In this document: piece by piece, positions 1 through 9,462 of the stretch
How positions within the stretch are numbered: position 1 is the first letter of the stretch
Layout: each line of letters opens with the position of its first letter
IMG/VR virus record: IMGVR_UViG_3300042888_002665
DNA from: a virus
Length of the DNA: 64,000 nt
Strand: one strand, 5' to 3'
The notes under the pieces: model-generated
The model's database searches: none
Seen by the model: only the letters and a program-made list of their open reading frames with translations
What the model was told of the DNA's origin: nothing
Program-made: the position numbers and the translations under genes

Positions 1-65
1 TGCATTTTAAGTGCTACTACTGATTTATCAGTTCCACAAATAGGGCAATCAAACATTTCTTCCAT
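1..65 (-). CDS. partial ORF (N-terminus), CxxC zinc-ribbon-like protein, runs off the left edge
   Basis: ATG at 65 overlaps the stop of the upstream GT gene (TAATG); reads MEEMFDCPICGTDK... Confidence 0.55.
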   Translation of the reverse strand, partial: MEEMFDCPICGTDKSVVALKM

Positions 66-1369
66 TATTTACTGAGTTTAGGTAATTCTAGTTTATTTAG
101 TTTAGGTAATGTAAGTGGGATAAATTTAGGTACTGGTTGTGTTTTTTCATCTAGAATTTGACTTAATCGCTCAGTCATTTTATCTAATGAAAATTTAGTT
201 TTAGATATGTTTGCTTGTTTTTTAGCTAATGGAAGATATTTTTTATAATTTTCAAATACTTCTTTTAAAGCATATCCTGCTTGTCCATCATTTGGAGCAA
301 ACCATTGCGATTCAGCAATTAACATATTAGGTACTACTGCAGATGCGTGTATATTTTTTAATTCACCACCAACTAAAATCGCAGCCTCTTTATCTAAGAA
401 ATCAATATGACCTGACCATCCAGAAGCAATTACTGGTTTTTCTACAACTGAAAATTCTAATAATGGACGACCGAATCCTTCACCTTTAGTAAACGATACC
501 ATTGCTTTTACTTTAGAGTGATTGTATAAATCATTAATATCCTCATCCTCTAAATCACCATGTAGTAAATAAATGTTAGGTACACGACCTTTTACTGTTT
601 TACGAACCGCTTCAATTTTTTCTAACATTGAGTTACGATCCATAATTGAAGTTGTAGCTGAATTAGTTTTCATAATTAAAGCAGGAGCATTAGTTTTACC
701 TTTAAATACCTCTAAAAATGCTTTAATCATATACCCAACATTCTTTCTATCCTCACCGAAATCACCCTGTAGCCAATGCCCTACAAACAAAAATGCAAAA
801 TCTTCTTTAATTTTAGATATTTGTTGTACTAGATCCGTTTGTGATGGAGATGTTTTAAAATATTTATTTAAATCTACACCTTCAAATAATACTTCAACAG
901 GTGACATTAATTTAATAATAGCTGTTGTTTTATTTGTTATTTTATCCTTCTGCTCGAATTGGCTATTCTCAAATACTGTTTTAGCATGTTGGGATGATAC
1001 TAAATTTAAATCCATTCTATTACATCCTTCAAGCCAAGACGGATCACATATTGTAGTTTCAATACCTGCTGTTACGCCTATATTTAAATGTTTACCTACC
1101 TTCTGGAATTCATTAGGTACTGTAATCTGAAACCAAGCATCAGGTTGTGTGGTCATTTGAGGAATGATACGATCTAATAGATCTTTTTCATTTTCAATTT
1201 CCTCATTTAAGAAACCAAATGGAGTAGATCCCCAACGTTGAGATAATAATTTAATATCCCATTCATCACCTTTGGCTTTAATTAACGATTTGATAAAATC
1301 TCTTGAGCGTGCACCGTAGCCACTAAATGTGTCTACGGGTGAGCTTACTATACATAACGGCTTATTCAT
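65..1369 (-). CDS. GT-B fold glycosyltransferase (GT4-like)
   Basis: N-terminal SGYG motif; C-terminal KGEGFGRPLLE motif typical of GT4. Confidence 0.8.
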   Translation of the reverse strand: MNKPLCIVSSPVDTFSGYGARSRDFIKSLIKAKGDEWDIKLLSQRWGSTPFGFLNEEIENEKDLLDRIIPQMTTQPDAWFQITVPNEFQKVGKHLNIGVTAGIETTICDPSWLEGCNRMDLNLVSSQHAKTVFENSQFEQKDKITNKTTAIIKLMSPVEVLFEGVDLNKYFKTSPSQTDLVQQISKIKEDFAFLFVGHWLQGDFGEDRKNVGYMIKAFLEVFKGKTNAPALIMKTNSATTSIMDRNSMLEKIEAVRKTVKGRVPNIYLLHGDLEDEDINDLYNHSKVKAMVSFTKGEGFGRPLLEFSVVEKPVIASGWSGHIDFLDKEAAILVGGELKNIHASAVVPNMLIAESQWFAPNDGQAGYALKEVFENYKKYLPLAKKQANISKTKFSLDKMTERLSQILDEKTQPVPKFIPLTLPKLNKLELPKLSK

Positions 1370-2804
1370 GTTCTGCTACTGGGTATTTTAAATAATTTGG
1401 TTTATAATCTTCAATTTTAATTAGATCAAATAATGAGCGTGGTGTCCATGTATTGAATGTTTCATCAATACCATCAATAACATTAACACACATGTTAGCG
1501 GCTGTCATCATTGCTTCGTCTGATGTTACCCACTCACGAGCTAATTCACCTAATTTATTATATTCATTAGCATCTTCCATTTTTAAAGCGTATGCTGATG
1601 CTAATTGATTAGCTACATCTCTAAAGTCACATCTATCATCAAAAATATATGGTGTTGGAGGAGATCCGATTAATGAAACATTGCTTGGAAATACTGGGAA
1701 TGCCCATTTACCGTGTTTTTTATATTTACCTAAATGATTCGATCCAAATGATTCAGTAAATTTAATCCAATTACCATCTGCATCCTCAAAACGCATTTGA
1801 TCTTGCATACCTCCAGTTACATTTGCTAAAATCGGAGTACCCGCCATCATTGACTCGGTAAGCGATAATCCCCAACCCTCATTCGAGGATATCAATGCTG
1901 TAATGTCGGCTAGATTATAATAACTATTTAATTGAGATTGAGTAATTTTTTGATTTGAAATGAATATGTTTTTCTGATTATTTCCCATTAACATTTCAAT
2001 TACCTTAGGTAAATCAGTACCATTATCATCAATAGCGTCTGTATGCATAATTAAAGCACATTTATCAGCTTGTTGTTTTGGTAATGTATCTAAAAATGTT
2101 TTAAATGCTAAAATCAAATCAGATGTTGATTTACGTCTTAAATTACGAGCATTATGGAAAGTAATAAAATCAAATTGATTATCTCCTAATACTTGTTGTT
2201 TAAATGATTTAAAATCTTCTGTTGTTTTATCTAATGGATAAAAATACTTTGCATTAATTCCATGAGGAACATACTTAATCAATTTATCCTTAGCTACATC
2301 ACCTAATACTACATGATTGATATTTTCTGTTTGTTTTGAAATAGCAAACAGTGCATCGCATGATTCATAGTATGGTTTGTTATACAATGGATAAGGTAAA
2401 TCATCCCAAATATTTAAATAAATGATAGGTACTTGCTGACGTAATTCACGCTCATGCTGAAATAACCAAATCCAATAACGTGGATCAGTAAATAACATAA
2501 TTGCGTCTGGTTTTTCAATTTGAAGGATTTGTCTTACAAATTCGATACTACCATATCCATCTGTAGGATAAATCATAACTGATGCATCTTCAATACCAGC
2601 ATTTTTATTAGTATCTGAAGATAAATCTAATCGAGTACCTTTTTCTGGGTGGTTAATAGCACCACCAACATTAATCCAATTAAAATGATGTGCAGTACCA
2701 ACAACGATTTCTCTAGCCATAGTTGCTATACCAGAGGTAAATCTAATGTCGTCGCACATTAATAGAATTTTTTTCCTTTGATCTTTAGGAATGTAATTTT
2801 GCAT
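1362..2804 (-). CDS. GT4 family glycosyltransferase
   Basis: DDIRFTSGIA N-terminus; SNEGWGLSLTESMMAGTPILA (ExFG/ExWG...E motif). Confidence 0.85.
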   Translation of the reverse strand: MQNYIPKDQRKKILLMCDDIRFTSGIATMAREIVVGTAHHFNWINVGGAINHPEKGTRLDLSSDTNKNAGIEDASVMIYPTDGYGSIEFVRQILQIEKPDAIMLFTDPRYWIWLFQHERELRQQVPIIYLNIWDDLPYPLYNKPYYESCDALFAISKQTENINHVVLGDVAKDKLIKYVPHGINAKYFYPLDKTTEDFKSFKQQVLGDNQFDFITFHNARNLRRKSTSDLILAFKTFLDTLPKQQADKCALIMHTDAIDDNGTDLPKVIEMLMGNNQKNIFISNQKITQSQLNSYYNLADITALISSNEGWGLSLTESMMAGTPILANVTGGMQDQMRFEDADGNWIKFTESFGSNHLGKYKKHGKWAFPVFPSNVSLIGSPPTPYIFDDRCDFRDVANQLASAYALKMEDANEYNKLGELAREWVTSDEAMMTAANMCVNVIDGIDETFNTWTPRSLFDLIKIEDYKPNYLKYPVAEHE

Positions 2805-2821
2805 AACTGATTATTTTGTGT

Positions 2822-3022
2822 TTATAGACTTCCTGACATTACTAATGCATTGTGGTCATGTATTTGTTTTTTGAATTCATCATTCGTTAAATACAAGTGC
2901 ATAGCTCTGTTCATTAATTTCTGTAGATTGAATTTATCTTTTATAGAGGCCATTTTAAATCCCTCAAATAAGTCTCCGTGTACTTTTACACTTGTCAAGA
3001 CTAATTGTTCATTTTTTCCCAT
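2822..3022 (-). CDS. small conserved phage protein, possible ribbon-helix-helix DNA-binding protein
   Basis: 66 aa; beta-strand TSVKV followed by two helices; preceded by the ATATTTAT motif. Confidence 0.5.
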   Translation of the reverse strand: MGKNEQLVLTSVKVHGDLFEGFKMASIKDKFNLQKLMNRAMHLYLTNDEFKKQIHDHNALVMSGSL

Positions 3023-3063
3023 TTTTGTATATTATTATATTTGTATATAAATATATAACAGAA

Positions 3064-4017
3064 TTAAAAAGATGAATCTTTATTACATAGTTCTTTATTG
3101 TCTTTGAATGGGCACCACTGACATGATTCCTTAGACACGTTCTTGACTAGCTCTGCTGATTTATAAGTGCCATCAGCGTTGAATACTGTATTGATAAATT
3201 CTGTAATGTGTGATACCGCTTTAGTGCGTTTGCCTTTACCTGATGCGGGTTCAACGATTTGAATGCGTTTTTGAGGAAAATCAAGATTTTCATATAATTT
3301 ACGTTTAACGATGAAGAATTCTACATCTATTTGTTCTGGGTCGATATTATACTGTTTAGCGAAGTATTCCTTATATAGAATAATCTGCTGCATTTTTAGT
3401 TCATCTTTCTTTTCCTTATCCTTCCACCCCAACTTAGATGTTTTAATATCGAATATCTTAATTTTATTTGCATTTTCGTTATATAATACGAAGTCAATAT
3501 ATCCTTTTAAATAAACGTTAGGATGGTTATCATCAATTGGTTGCACTAATGGCATTTCGATTCCAACTAGATCCCATTTTCTAGTACTGAAGTACTCGCC
3601 TTTATTCTTTTTAAAGTAGTCAATAATAGCTAATCCATCTTCATAATACTCACGCATTTCTGATGCTGAGGAGAAATGTATACCTTTATTTTCTTTAAGT
3701 GTTTTCTTATACTCGTCTGAGAATGTCTGTTGAAAGAATGACTCAATATCTAAACGATCTGCTTCAGCACCGCTTGTATCGAACATAACCTGAATATAAT
3801 GTTGCATCGCAACGTGAACTGATGTTCCGAACACTGCAGCCATTGATGGCTGATAGATACGATACCCTTCTCTATATTCTAAACCCCAACGAAATGGACA
3901 TTTAGCATAGATAGAGAATTGAGAATACGATATTGTTTTATCATTTTGATAATTTATTTCTCTTACCGCTTTGTTTTTTATTTCCTTTAGAAGGGCGGGT
4001 ATCGGTGTTTTGGCCAT
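3064..4017 (-). CDS. PD-(D/E)XK exonuclease (RecB/AddB/Cas4-like, probable Fe-S cluster)
   Basis: ISYSQF..C; GYIDFV..IFDIKTS nuclease motif; C-terminal CQWCPF..C. Confidence 0.85.
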   Translation of the reverse strand: MAKTPIPALLKEIKNKAVREINYQNDKTISYSQFSIYAKCPFRWGLEYREGYRIYQPSMAAVFGTSVHVAMQHYIQVMFDTSGAEADRLDIESFFQQTFSDEYKKTLKENKGIHFSSASEMREYYEDGLAIIDYFKKNKGEYFSTRKWDLVGIEMPLVQPIDDNHPNVYLKGYIDFVLYNENANKIKIFDIKTSKLGWKDKEKKDELKMQQIILYKEYFAKQYNIDPEQIDVEFFIVKRKLYENLDFPQKRIQIVEPASGKGKRTKAVSHITEFINTVFNADGTYKSAELVKNVSKESCQWCPFKDNKELCNKDSSF

Positions 4018-4390
4018 AACTGTTTAATATGTCTTGAAATTGATCGTTGCTTAATAAAGCAAGATAATCGTTTGCTTCTCTTTGAGATACTTGTAATAAT
4101 GAAGATAATTTAGAAACTTTATCCTTATCTATCTTTTCGGAAGCGGCTTTAGTGTATTTAAAATACTTTTTAGCTTTTGGTAATAATGATAAATAAATAT
4201 TATATACTTGTTCTGGTGTTAAGTTAGGTATAGCTTGTACTTCATTAGCAAATACACAATATTCCGAACTCATAGATAGGTACCTATGTAGCATGTAAAC
4301 ATTAATGCTTTTAATTTCAGCATCAGTTAATTTGCTATAAGGTACCTTATCGTATGATAAGTAAGATAATATCTTAAAGAATTCATTCAT
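3941..4390 (-). CDS. clamp loader small subunit (T4 gp62-like)
   Basis: YMLHRYLSM...LPKAKKYFKY pattern; lies next to the RFC-like ATPase. Confidence 0.65.
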   Translation of the reverse strand: MNEFFKILSYLSYDKVPYSKLTDAEIKSINVYMLHRYLSMSSEYCVFANEVQAIPNLTPEQVYNIYLSLLPKAKKYFKYTKAASEKIDKDKVSKLSSLLQVSQREANDYLALLSNDQFQDILNSYGQNTDTRPSKGNKKQSGKRNKLSK

Positions 4391-4707
4391 TACTCAGGAC
4401 GTGGAAAACGTGAACGTTTTGGAGCATCGCTTACATCTTCAACTGATGGAGCACCTGCTGTAGGTTGTGTTTTAGGCATGAATTGTACGTTTACGTGACC
4501 ACATTTATCACAAGCAAACACAGGAATAGGCATCATACCATCTTGAGCTGTTCCGGTGATAAAGCGGGAAATACTGCGTAATACTACTGCTTCATGAAAT
4601 GTAGCGTTACCACACTCGTCACATATTATCTCGGTGGTATCTTCGAGACTAATGTTCATTTTTACTGGATCCATTATTTGATTATGTTTATGATTGAGGC
4701 GATACAC
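4390..4707 (-). CDS. zinc-ribbon protein (true start probably the second Met, near 4674)
   Basis: CDEC and CDKC pairs. Confidence 0.6.
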   Translation of the reverse strand: MYRLNHKHNQIMDPVKMNISLEDTTEIICDECGNATFHEAVVLRSISRFITGTAQDGMMPIPVFACDKCGHVNVQFMPKTQPTAGAPSVEDVSDAPKRSRFPRPE

Positions 4708-5561
4708 GCCATAAAATTGATTTCTTTATCTACTACTGTTGCATGCTTATACTGATAGTCAGCTAATGTCATTGTAATCAATCCATTATCTTTACCTAAT
4801 TCATCATATAACACTCTATACATTGGTTCAAAGTCAGATATACTATTATCTACTAAGTATTGTCTGACTGATTTAAATGCGTCTTTACCTTGAATTAATT
4901 TAATTACATCTTGTATATCAAATCTAGTACCAGCTTTAACAAGAGTTAACTTACCATCAATACTATTCTGTTGAGTTACATTGATGATTTTACGAATATC
5001 TGGATAGAAATTAGTAACGATAGCAGATATGTCTGGTAGGTTATATGTAGTATTTTCTGCTTCTAATATAGAAACTAAATGACGAGCAATATCTGGTTTA
5101 GATAATGTTTCGATTTTGAATGCTTGGCATCTAGATTGTAATGGTTCAATAATACGCTCAACGTAATTACAAGTTAGAATGAAGCGTGTTTTAGCTGAGA
5201 ATGTTTCGATTATATTACGTAATGATGCTTGTGCGTTGATAGTTAAATAATCGGACTCATCTAGTATTACTACCTTTAATGGTTGGAATGTAGATGTAGA
5301 AGCGAATGATTTTACTTTATCACGAATCGTATCAATACCGTTTTCGTCTGATGCATTGATATACATCATATCACAGTTGATATTCTGAGTGATTAATTTA
5401 GCTAATGTAGTTTTACCTGTACCTGCTTTACCGTATAATAATAAGTGTGGAATATCGTTTTTTAAAATCCAACTACCGATTGTAGTTTTTAATTCTGAAT
5501 TGCCAATGTATTGATCTAATGTTTGTGAGCGGTACTTTTCAGTCCAAAGAGTGTGTTGCAT
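4674..5561 (-). CDS. clamp loader large subunit / RFC-like AAA+ ATPase (T4 gp44-like)
   Basis: LWTEKYR, Walker A GKAGTGKTT, Walker B VVILDESD, SRC motif. Confidence 0.95.
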   Translation of the reverse strand: MQHTLWTEKYRSQTLDQYIGNSELKTTIGSWILKNDIPHLLLYGKAGTGKTTLAKLITQNINCDMMYINASDENGIDTIRDKVKSFASTSTFQPLKVVILDESDYLTINAQASLRNIIETFSAKTRFILTCNYVERIIEPLQSRCQAFKIETLSKPDIARHLVSILEAENTTYNLPDISAIVTNFYPDIRKIINVTQQNSIDGKLTLVKAGTRFDIQDVIKLIQGKDAFKSVRQYLVDNSISDFEPMYRVLYDELGKDNGLITMTLADYQYKHATVVDKEINFMACIASIINIIK

Positions 5562-5562
5562 A

Positions 5563-5733
5563 TTAATTACCTGGAATATTATATTTTTCTTGAATATAAT
5601 TAAGAGCTTTTAATTTATCAATTGTATCTTCAAATATAGCAATTTTTGCTTCAAGTTCTTTAACTAATTGATGTAGGAGAGCGTTTTCCTCTTGAGCACG
5701 TTCTAATTGTAGTTTTACTGATTTTACTGTCAT
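5563..5733 (-). CDS. hypothetical coiled-coil protein (56 aa, not in ORF track)
   Basis: MTVKSVKLQLERAQEENALLHQLVKELE...; fills the intergenic gap exactly; same 15-nt upstream motif as its neighbours. Confidence 0.6.
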   Translation of the reverse strand: MTVKSVKLQLERAQEENALLHQLVKELEAKIAIFEDTIDKLKALNYIQEKYNIPGN

Positions 5734-5738
5734 AACAT

Positions 5739-5954
5739 TTATTTTCTAATTTTAATCACATAATTTATAGATTCAGGTTTATGTGAGTCTGAATATGAGT
5801 GGTATGTAATGTATGAATTAATAACTTCTATATTTTCTTTATTTACTGCTTTAATAAACTCCCCATGCCGTTTCATACCACCAGTAGTTCCAATAAGAAA
5901 CGATGCATGATGTACCTCATATTTGGGGAATAATAGTCTAAATAATTTTTTCAT
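5739..5954 (-). CDS. hypothetical protein
   Basis: tightly packed ORF with AAAATAAATGTTATG start context. Confidence 0.55.
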   Translation of the reverse strand: MKKLFRLLFPKYEVHHASFLIGTTGGMKRHGEFIKAVNKENIEVINSYITYHSYSDSHKPESINYVIKIRK

Positions 5955-5959
5955 AACAT

Positions 5960-6208
5960 TTATTTTAATTTAACTATTGTTACTACCTCACCTGACTTTA
6001 AAGGACATTTATCAGGAATGCCATTTACATTACCACTATTTATAATCATATTTTCATATGGGTCCCATCCATCATCTTCCGTTATATAAATAAATCTTCT
6101 TTCTTCCGCTCTTTTCTTAAAATATGGGTGTCTACATTCCATACCATCCATACTATTTCCCCAAAATGGACAATCGTTACACTTTGTTACTTCTTCTACT
6201 ATTGTCAT
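5960..6208 (-). CDS. hypothetical Cys-rich protein
   Basis: CNDCPF..C..CP pattern; ATGA overlap with the upstream ORF. Confidence 0.55.
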   Translation of the reverse strand: MTIVEEVTKCNDCPFWGNSMDGMECRHPYFKKRAEERRFIYITEDDGWDPYENMIINSGNVNGIPDKCPLKSGEVVTIVKLK

Positions 6209-6441
6209 AGCTTTTCTATTTCTTGTTTAACTTCTTGCCAATATTCCATAGTTGAATATTCAACATTTGTAAATGTATTAGAATGTGGATTAGCTAATAT
6301 TATCTCATCTACTGCAATTAATGCACATTGTTTGGCATTATATTTATGTAAATCTTCATCATATAATCCTATATAATTTCTTGATTCGGCATTACTAAAG
6401 AATCTACCATATAGTTCTAATGCTTGTTCTTTTGGTGTCAT
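6205..6441 (-). CDS. hypothetical protein (MTPKEKA-type small phage protein)
   Basis: AKQCALIAVDEII...YWQEVKQEIEKL. Confidence 0.65.
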   Translation of the reverse strand: MTPKEQALELYGRFFSNAESRNYIGLYDEDLHKYNAKQCALIAVDEIILANPHSNTFTNVEYSTMEYWQEVKQEIEKL

Positions 6442-6456
6442 AACATTTATTTTAAG

Positions 6457-6530
6457 TGGACCAGGTAGGAATCGAACCTACTACCTTTTGATTATGAGTC
6501 AACTGCTCTAACCGAGTGAGCTACAAGTCC
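6457..6530 (-). tRNA. tRNA with CAU anticodon, Ile2-like (or elongator Met)
   Basis: cloverleaf GGACTTG...CTGGTCC-A; anticodon arm TTGACTCATAATCAA resembles bacterial tRNA-Ile2; T-loop GGTTCGATTCC. Confidence 0.9.
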
Positions 6531-6533
6531 AAA

Positions 6534-6650
6534 TGGGGGATTGAAAAAGCCCGGCCCCCGTCCGTCCAACCAACGATTTGGCCCACGCGCAGTTCTTATG
6601 GGATGCTTAATGGTGATTTCGATCTAGCTGCCCTGCAGAACAGACTAGCG
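6534..6650 (-). ncRNA. GC-rich putative structured RNA between the tRNA-like element and tRNA(CAU)
   Basis: GC-rich island in an AT-rich genome; stems CTAG-CTGTTC/GGGCAG-CTAG, CCCA/TGGG and GGGGG/CCCCC. Confidence 0.4.
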
Positions 6651-6655
6651 GTATG

Positions 6656-6833
6656 CTGTAGTGGGTGGATTCGAACCACCATAGGGCAATTAGGTAAAGG
6701 ACAATAGCGCTTGCAAGCTGGTGGTCTACCCCGATATCCTTACTTTATTTCGTTATTCCCCGCCCCCGAGACAGGAGGGTGCGTATGCCTCAGATTAGAG
6801 ATACTATCTCTTTTCTTCTTTCGCCACACTACA
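6656..6833 (-). ncRNA. 178-nt tRNA-like RNA (GUC anticodon) with insertions in the D-loop and variable arm
   Basis: acceptor TGTAGTG/CACTACA, D-stem GCG/CGC, anticodon arm CCCTC-CTGTCTC-GGGGG, T-arm GGTGG-TTCGAAT-CCACC; 44-nt D region, 82-nt variable region. Confidence 0.7.
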
Positions 6834-6839
6834 ATTTAT

Positions 6840-7256
6840 TTACTTTAAATCTAACTCTAATTGATTACTTCCTGTCGTTGGTTGTTGTTGTGGTAATGTA
6901 GATGTATAACTCCAATTAGAACCACTAGGATTCCACAACGTCGTTGTAGATGGATTATATGTAATAGTTCCACCACTTCCGGTTGCCACCGTCAATATTC
7001 CACTAGTTGTACCACAATGTATCTTATATGGATTAAATGGGTCTGATGGGTATGGTTGGATAAATGGTATTGTTTGTATTGGTGCTGAATTTGGTGTTCC
7101 CCATCCACCTTCACCAATCGGAGAACCATAATCAGGGCAGTCTTTAATTTTGTCCAATTCCGAAACAATGGTTTCCCATTGCTTCGGTGTTGGTCCTTCT
7201 TCATTTACTGCTTTAGTAAATCCTTTAAGCCAGAATATAAATTGTTCCTTATTCAT
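6840..7256 (-). CDS. hypothetical protein, Pro/Thr-rich C-terminus
   Basis: MNKEQFIFWLKGF...W..I N-terminus typical of small phage proteins. Confidence 0.65.
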   Translation of the reverse strand: MNKEQFIFWLKGFTKAVNEEGPTPKQWETIVSELDKIKDCPDYGSPIGEGGWGTPNSAPIQTIPFIQPYPSDPFNPYKIHCGTTSGILTVATGSGGTITYNPSTTTLWNPSGSNWSYTSTLPQQQPTTGSNQLELDLK

Positions 7257-8877
7257 ACATGTTTATGTCTACTGGTTGGTCTGATTTTTTATCTTCAGGT
7301 TTATTATATACAATCGATTCTGTAATCAAAATCGTACCTGCAACTGATACTGCGTTTTCTAATGCTAATCGAGTTACTTTAGTAGGATCGATAATACCAT
7401 CATTAATTAGATTATTAATGGTTTTAGTTTTTAGATTGTATCCATGTTCTGAAGTAACATCAGATAATCGATTTACAATACCGAATGATTCTAAATTTTC
7501 GTATCCGGCATTAGATAATATCTTTAGGAATGGAGAAGTACAAGCACGATAAACAATATCACGTCCTAAATCTAAATCTACATTATCGTATTTTTTATCA
7601 GCTAGTACTTGACGAGCATGAATTAAAGCAACTCCACCACCAGGTAATATACCTTCCTGTAGGGCTGCTTTGGTTGCGTGTAAAGCATCATCAACACGGT
7701 CCTTTTTCTCTCTCATTTCTACTTCCGTAGGAGCGCCGATATTAATTACTGCTACACCACCTGATAATTTGCCTAAACGTTCTTGTAATTTTTCACGTTC
7801 AAACATTGATTTAGCATTATCGATTTGTTGTTTTAAATCATCAATACGTTGCTCAATTTCCTCAACATTACCTTTACCATCAACAATTGTAGTTGTTTCT
7901 TTAGCCACTGTAACTAAGCGAGCCGAACCTAGCCAATCGGAATTGAATTTCTCCAATTTCATTCCCTTTTCTGGTGAGATAACTTGCCCGCCTGTTACTG
8001 TAGCAATGTCTTCTAAGATATGCAAACGGCGATCTCCAAAATCAGGTGCTTTAACTACTGCTGCTTTTAGAATACCACGCATTTTATTTACTAATAATGT
8101 TGATAGCGCTTCACCATCAATATCTTCAGCAATAACTAACAATTCATCATTTGATTGTGATAATGAATTTAGTAATGGTAGTAATTCTTTAACTTGAGTT
8201 AAACGACCATTATACAATAAAATCTTAGGATTGTTTAATGTAGCAGTCATTGTATCGTTATTTGTAACAAAGTATAATGATTTATATCCCTTATCGATTT
8301 GGATACCTTCTACAATCTCTAATGATGTTTCGCCAATACGAGATTCCTCTACTGTAACTACACCATCTACACCTACTGCTTGCATTGCTTCAGAAATTAA
8401 TGCACCGATTTCCTCATCACCATTAGCTGAAATAACTGCTACTTGTTTGATTTGCTCGTCTGAAGTAATATCTTTGGATATTTCTTTGATTCGGGTAATA
8501 ATTTCTTTTGTTGCTTGCTCAATACCACGTTTAACTTCTACTGCATTTGATCCAGCTTTAATAGCGTTGAATCCGTCTGCAATCATAGTTGATGCAAGTA
8601 ATGTAGTTGTAGTAGTGCCATCACCAGCTAAATCAGCTGTTTTAATAGCTGCTTGCTTTAATAGTTGTGCTCCAATGTTTTCAATTGGATTTTCTAACTC
8701 AATAGAACGAGCAACCGTAACACCGTCTTTAGTTGATACTGGGTTTTCACCTGCATTATCGATAATTACGTTACGACCGTTTGGTCCTAATGTACACGTA
8801 ACTGCATCTGATAATTTGATGACGCCTTTTAATAATTTGGTTTTTGCGTCTTGATTAAATACTATTTGCTTACTCAT
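7249..8877 (-). CDS. groEL: chaperonin GroEL
   Basis: TLGPNGRNV, TKDGVTVA, AGDGTTT, GGGVAL motifs; 542 aa; no C-terminal GGM repeats. Confidence 0.98.
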   Translation of the reverse strand: MSKQIVFNQDAKTKLLKGVIKLSDAVTCTLGPNGRNVIIDNAGENPVSTKDGVTVARSIELENPIENIGAQLLKQAAIKTADLAGDGTTTTTLLASTMIADGFNAIKAGSNAVEVKRGIEQATKEIITRIKEISKDITSDEQIKQVAVISANGDEEIGALISEAMQAVGVDGVVTVEESRIGETSLEIVEGIQIDKGYKSLYFVTNNDTMTATLNNPKILLYNGRLTQVKELLPLLNSLSQSNDELLVIAEDIDGEALSTLLVNKMRGILKAAVVKAPDFGDRRLHILEDIATVTGGQVISPEKGMKLEKFNSDWLGSARLVTVAKETTTIVDGKGNVEEIEQRIDDLKQQIDNAKSMFEREKLQERLGKLSGGVAVINIGAPTEVEMREKKDRVDDALHATKAALQEGILPGGGVALIHARQVLADKKYDNVDLDLGRDIVYRACTSPFLKILSNAGYENLESFGIVNRLSDVTSEHGYNLKTKTINNLINDGIIDPTKVTRLALENAVSVAGTILITESIVYNKPEDKKSDQPVDINMYE

Positions 8878-9169
8878 TGTCTTCTGTTTCTATTAATGCT
8901 AAAACGTTATTTTCTGATGTAACGAGGTATTCTACCCCATCATACTCTACTCTTACTGGTCCTATTTTAGGTAGGATAACTTTATCACCTACTTTAAATG
9001 TAGATGGAATTAATTTACCTTCTCCATTTCGGCGTCCAGGTCCTACTCCGATAATAGTTCCAACGTGGGGCATTTCCTTGCCCATATCTGGTACTACAAT
9101 TGAACCGTAGAATTTCTCTCCCGATTCTTCATTTTTAACGACGATATTGTCGAATACTGCTTTTATCAT
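8870..9169 (-). CDS. groES: co-chaperonin GroES
   Basis: GSIVVPD, G.IIGVGPGR, KVGDKV; directly upstream of groEL. Confidence 0.95.
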   Translation of the reverse strand: MIKAVFDNIVVKNEESGEKFYGSIVVPDMGKEMPHVGTIIGVGPGRRNGEGKLIPSTFKVGDKVILPKIGPVRVEYDGVEYLVTSENNVLALIETEDNE

Positions 9170-9462
9170 GCTGTTACTAAGTTTTTAATTTCTTCTTTTA
9201 CTGATGTATAATTACTTAAAAATTCTCGGAGTGAATAAGTCTCGCGCTTATTTGCTACTTGGTAACGAATAATTTTATCCATTGCGTTTGATAATGAAGT
9301 AAAACTACCACAGAAATTGTTTCCAGTTTTTGTTGAATCAATTACAGTATAACTGTATTCATCTACTTGGATCTCATATGGAGCTAATAATTTATCAGCA
9401 ATAATGGATTGGGACTTGGTTTGACCTTTTACTCGGCCGAATGATTTTTTTTCTTCTGACAT
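9166..9462 (-). CDS. hypothetical protein co-transcribed with groES
   Basis: ATGA overlap with groES. Confidence 0.65.
   Translation of the reverse strand: MSEEKKSFGRVKGQTKSQSIIADKLLAPYEIQVDEYSYTVIDSTKTGNNFCGSFTSLSNAMDKIIRYQVANKRETYSLREFLSNYTSVKEEIKNLVTA

Noticed and set aside
3064-4017. Cas4-like nuclease as a sign of a CRISPR system
   Set aside because: No repeat-spacer array or other cas gene is in the window; such nucleases are common phage recombination enzymes.
6656-6833. tmRNA interpretation of the tRNA-like element
   Set aside because: No G3-U70 alanine identity pair, an intact anticodon arm is present, it is too short, and there is no tag ORF.
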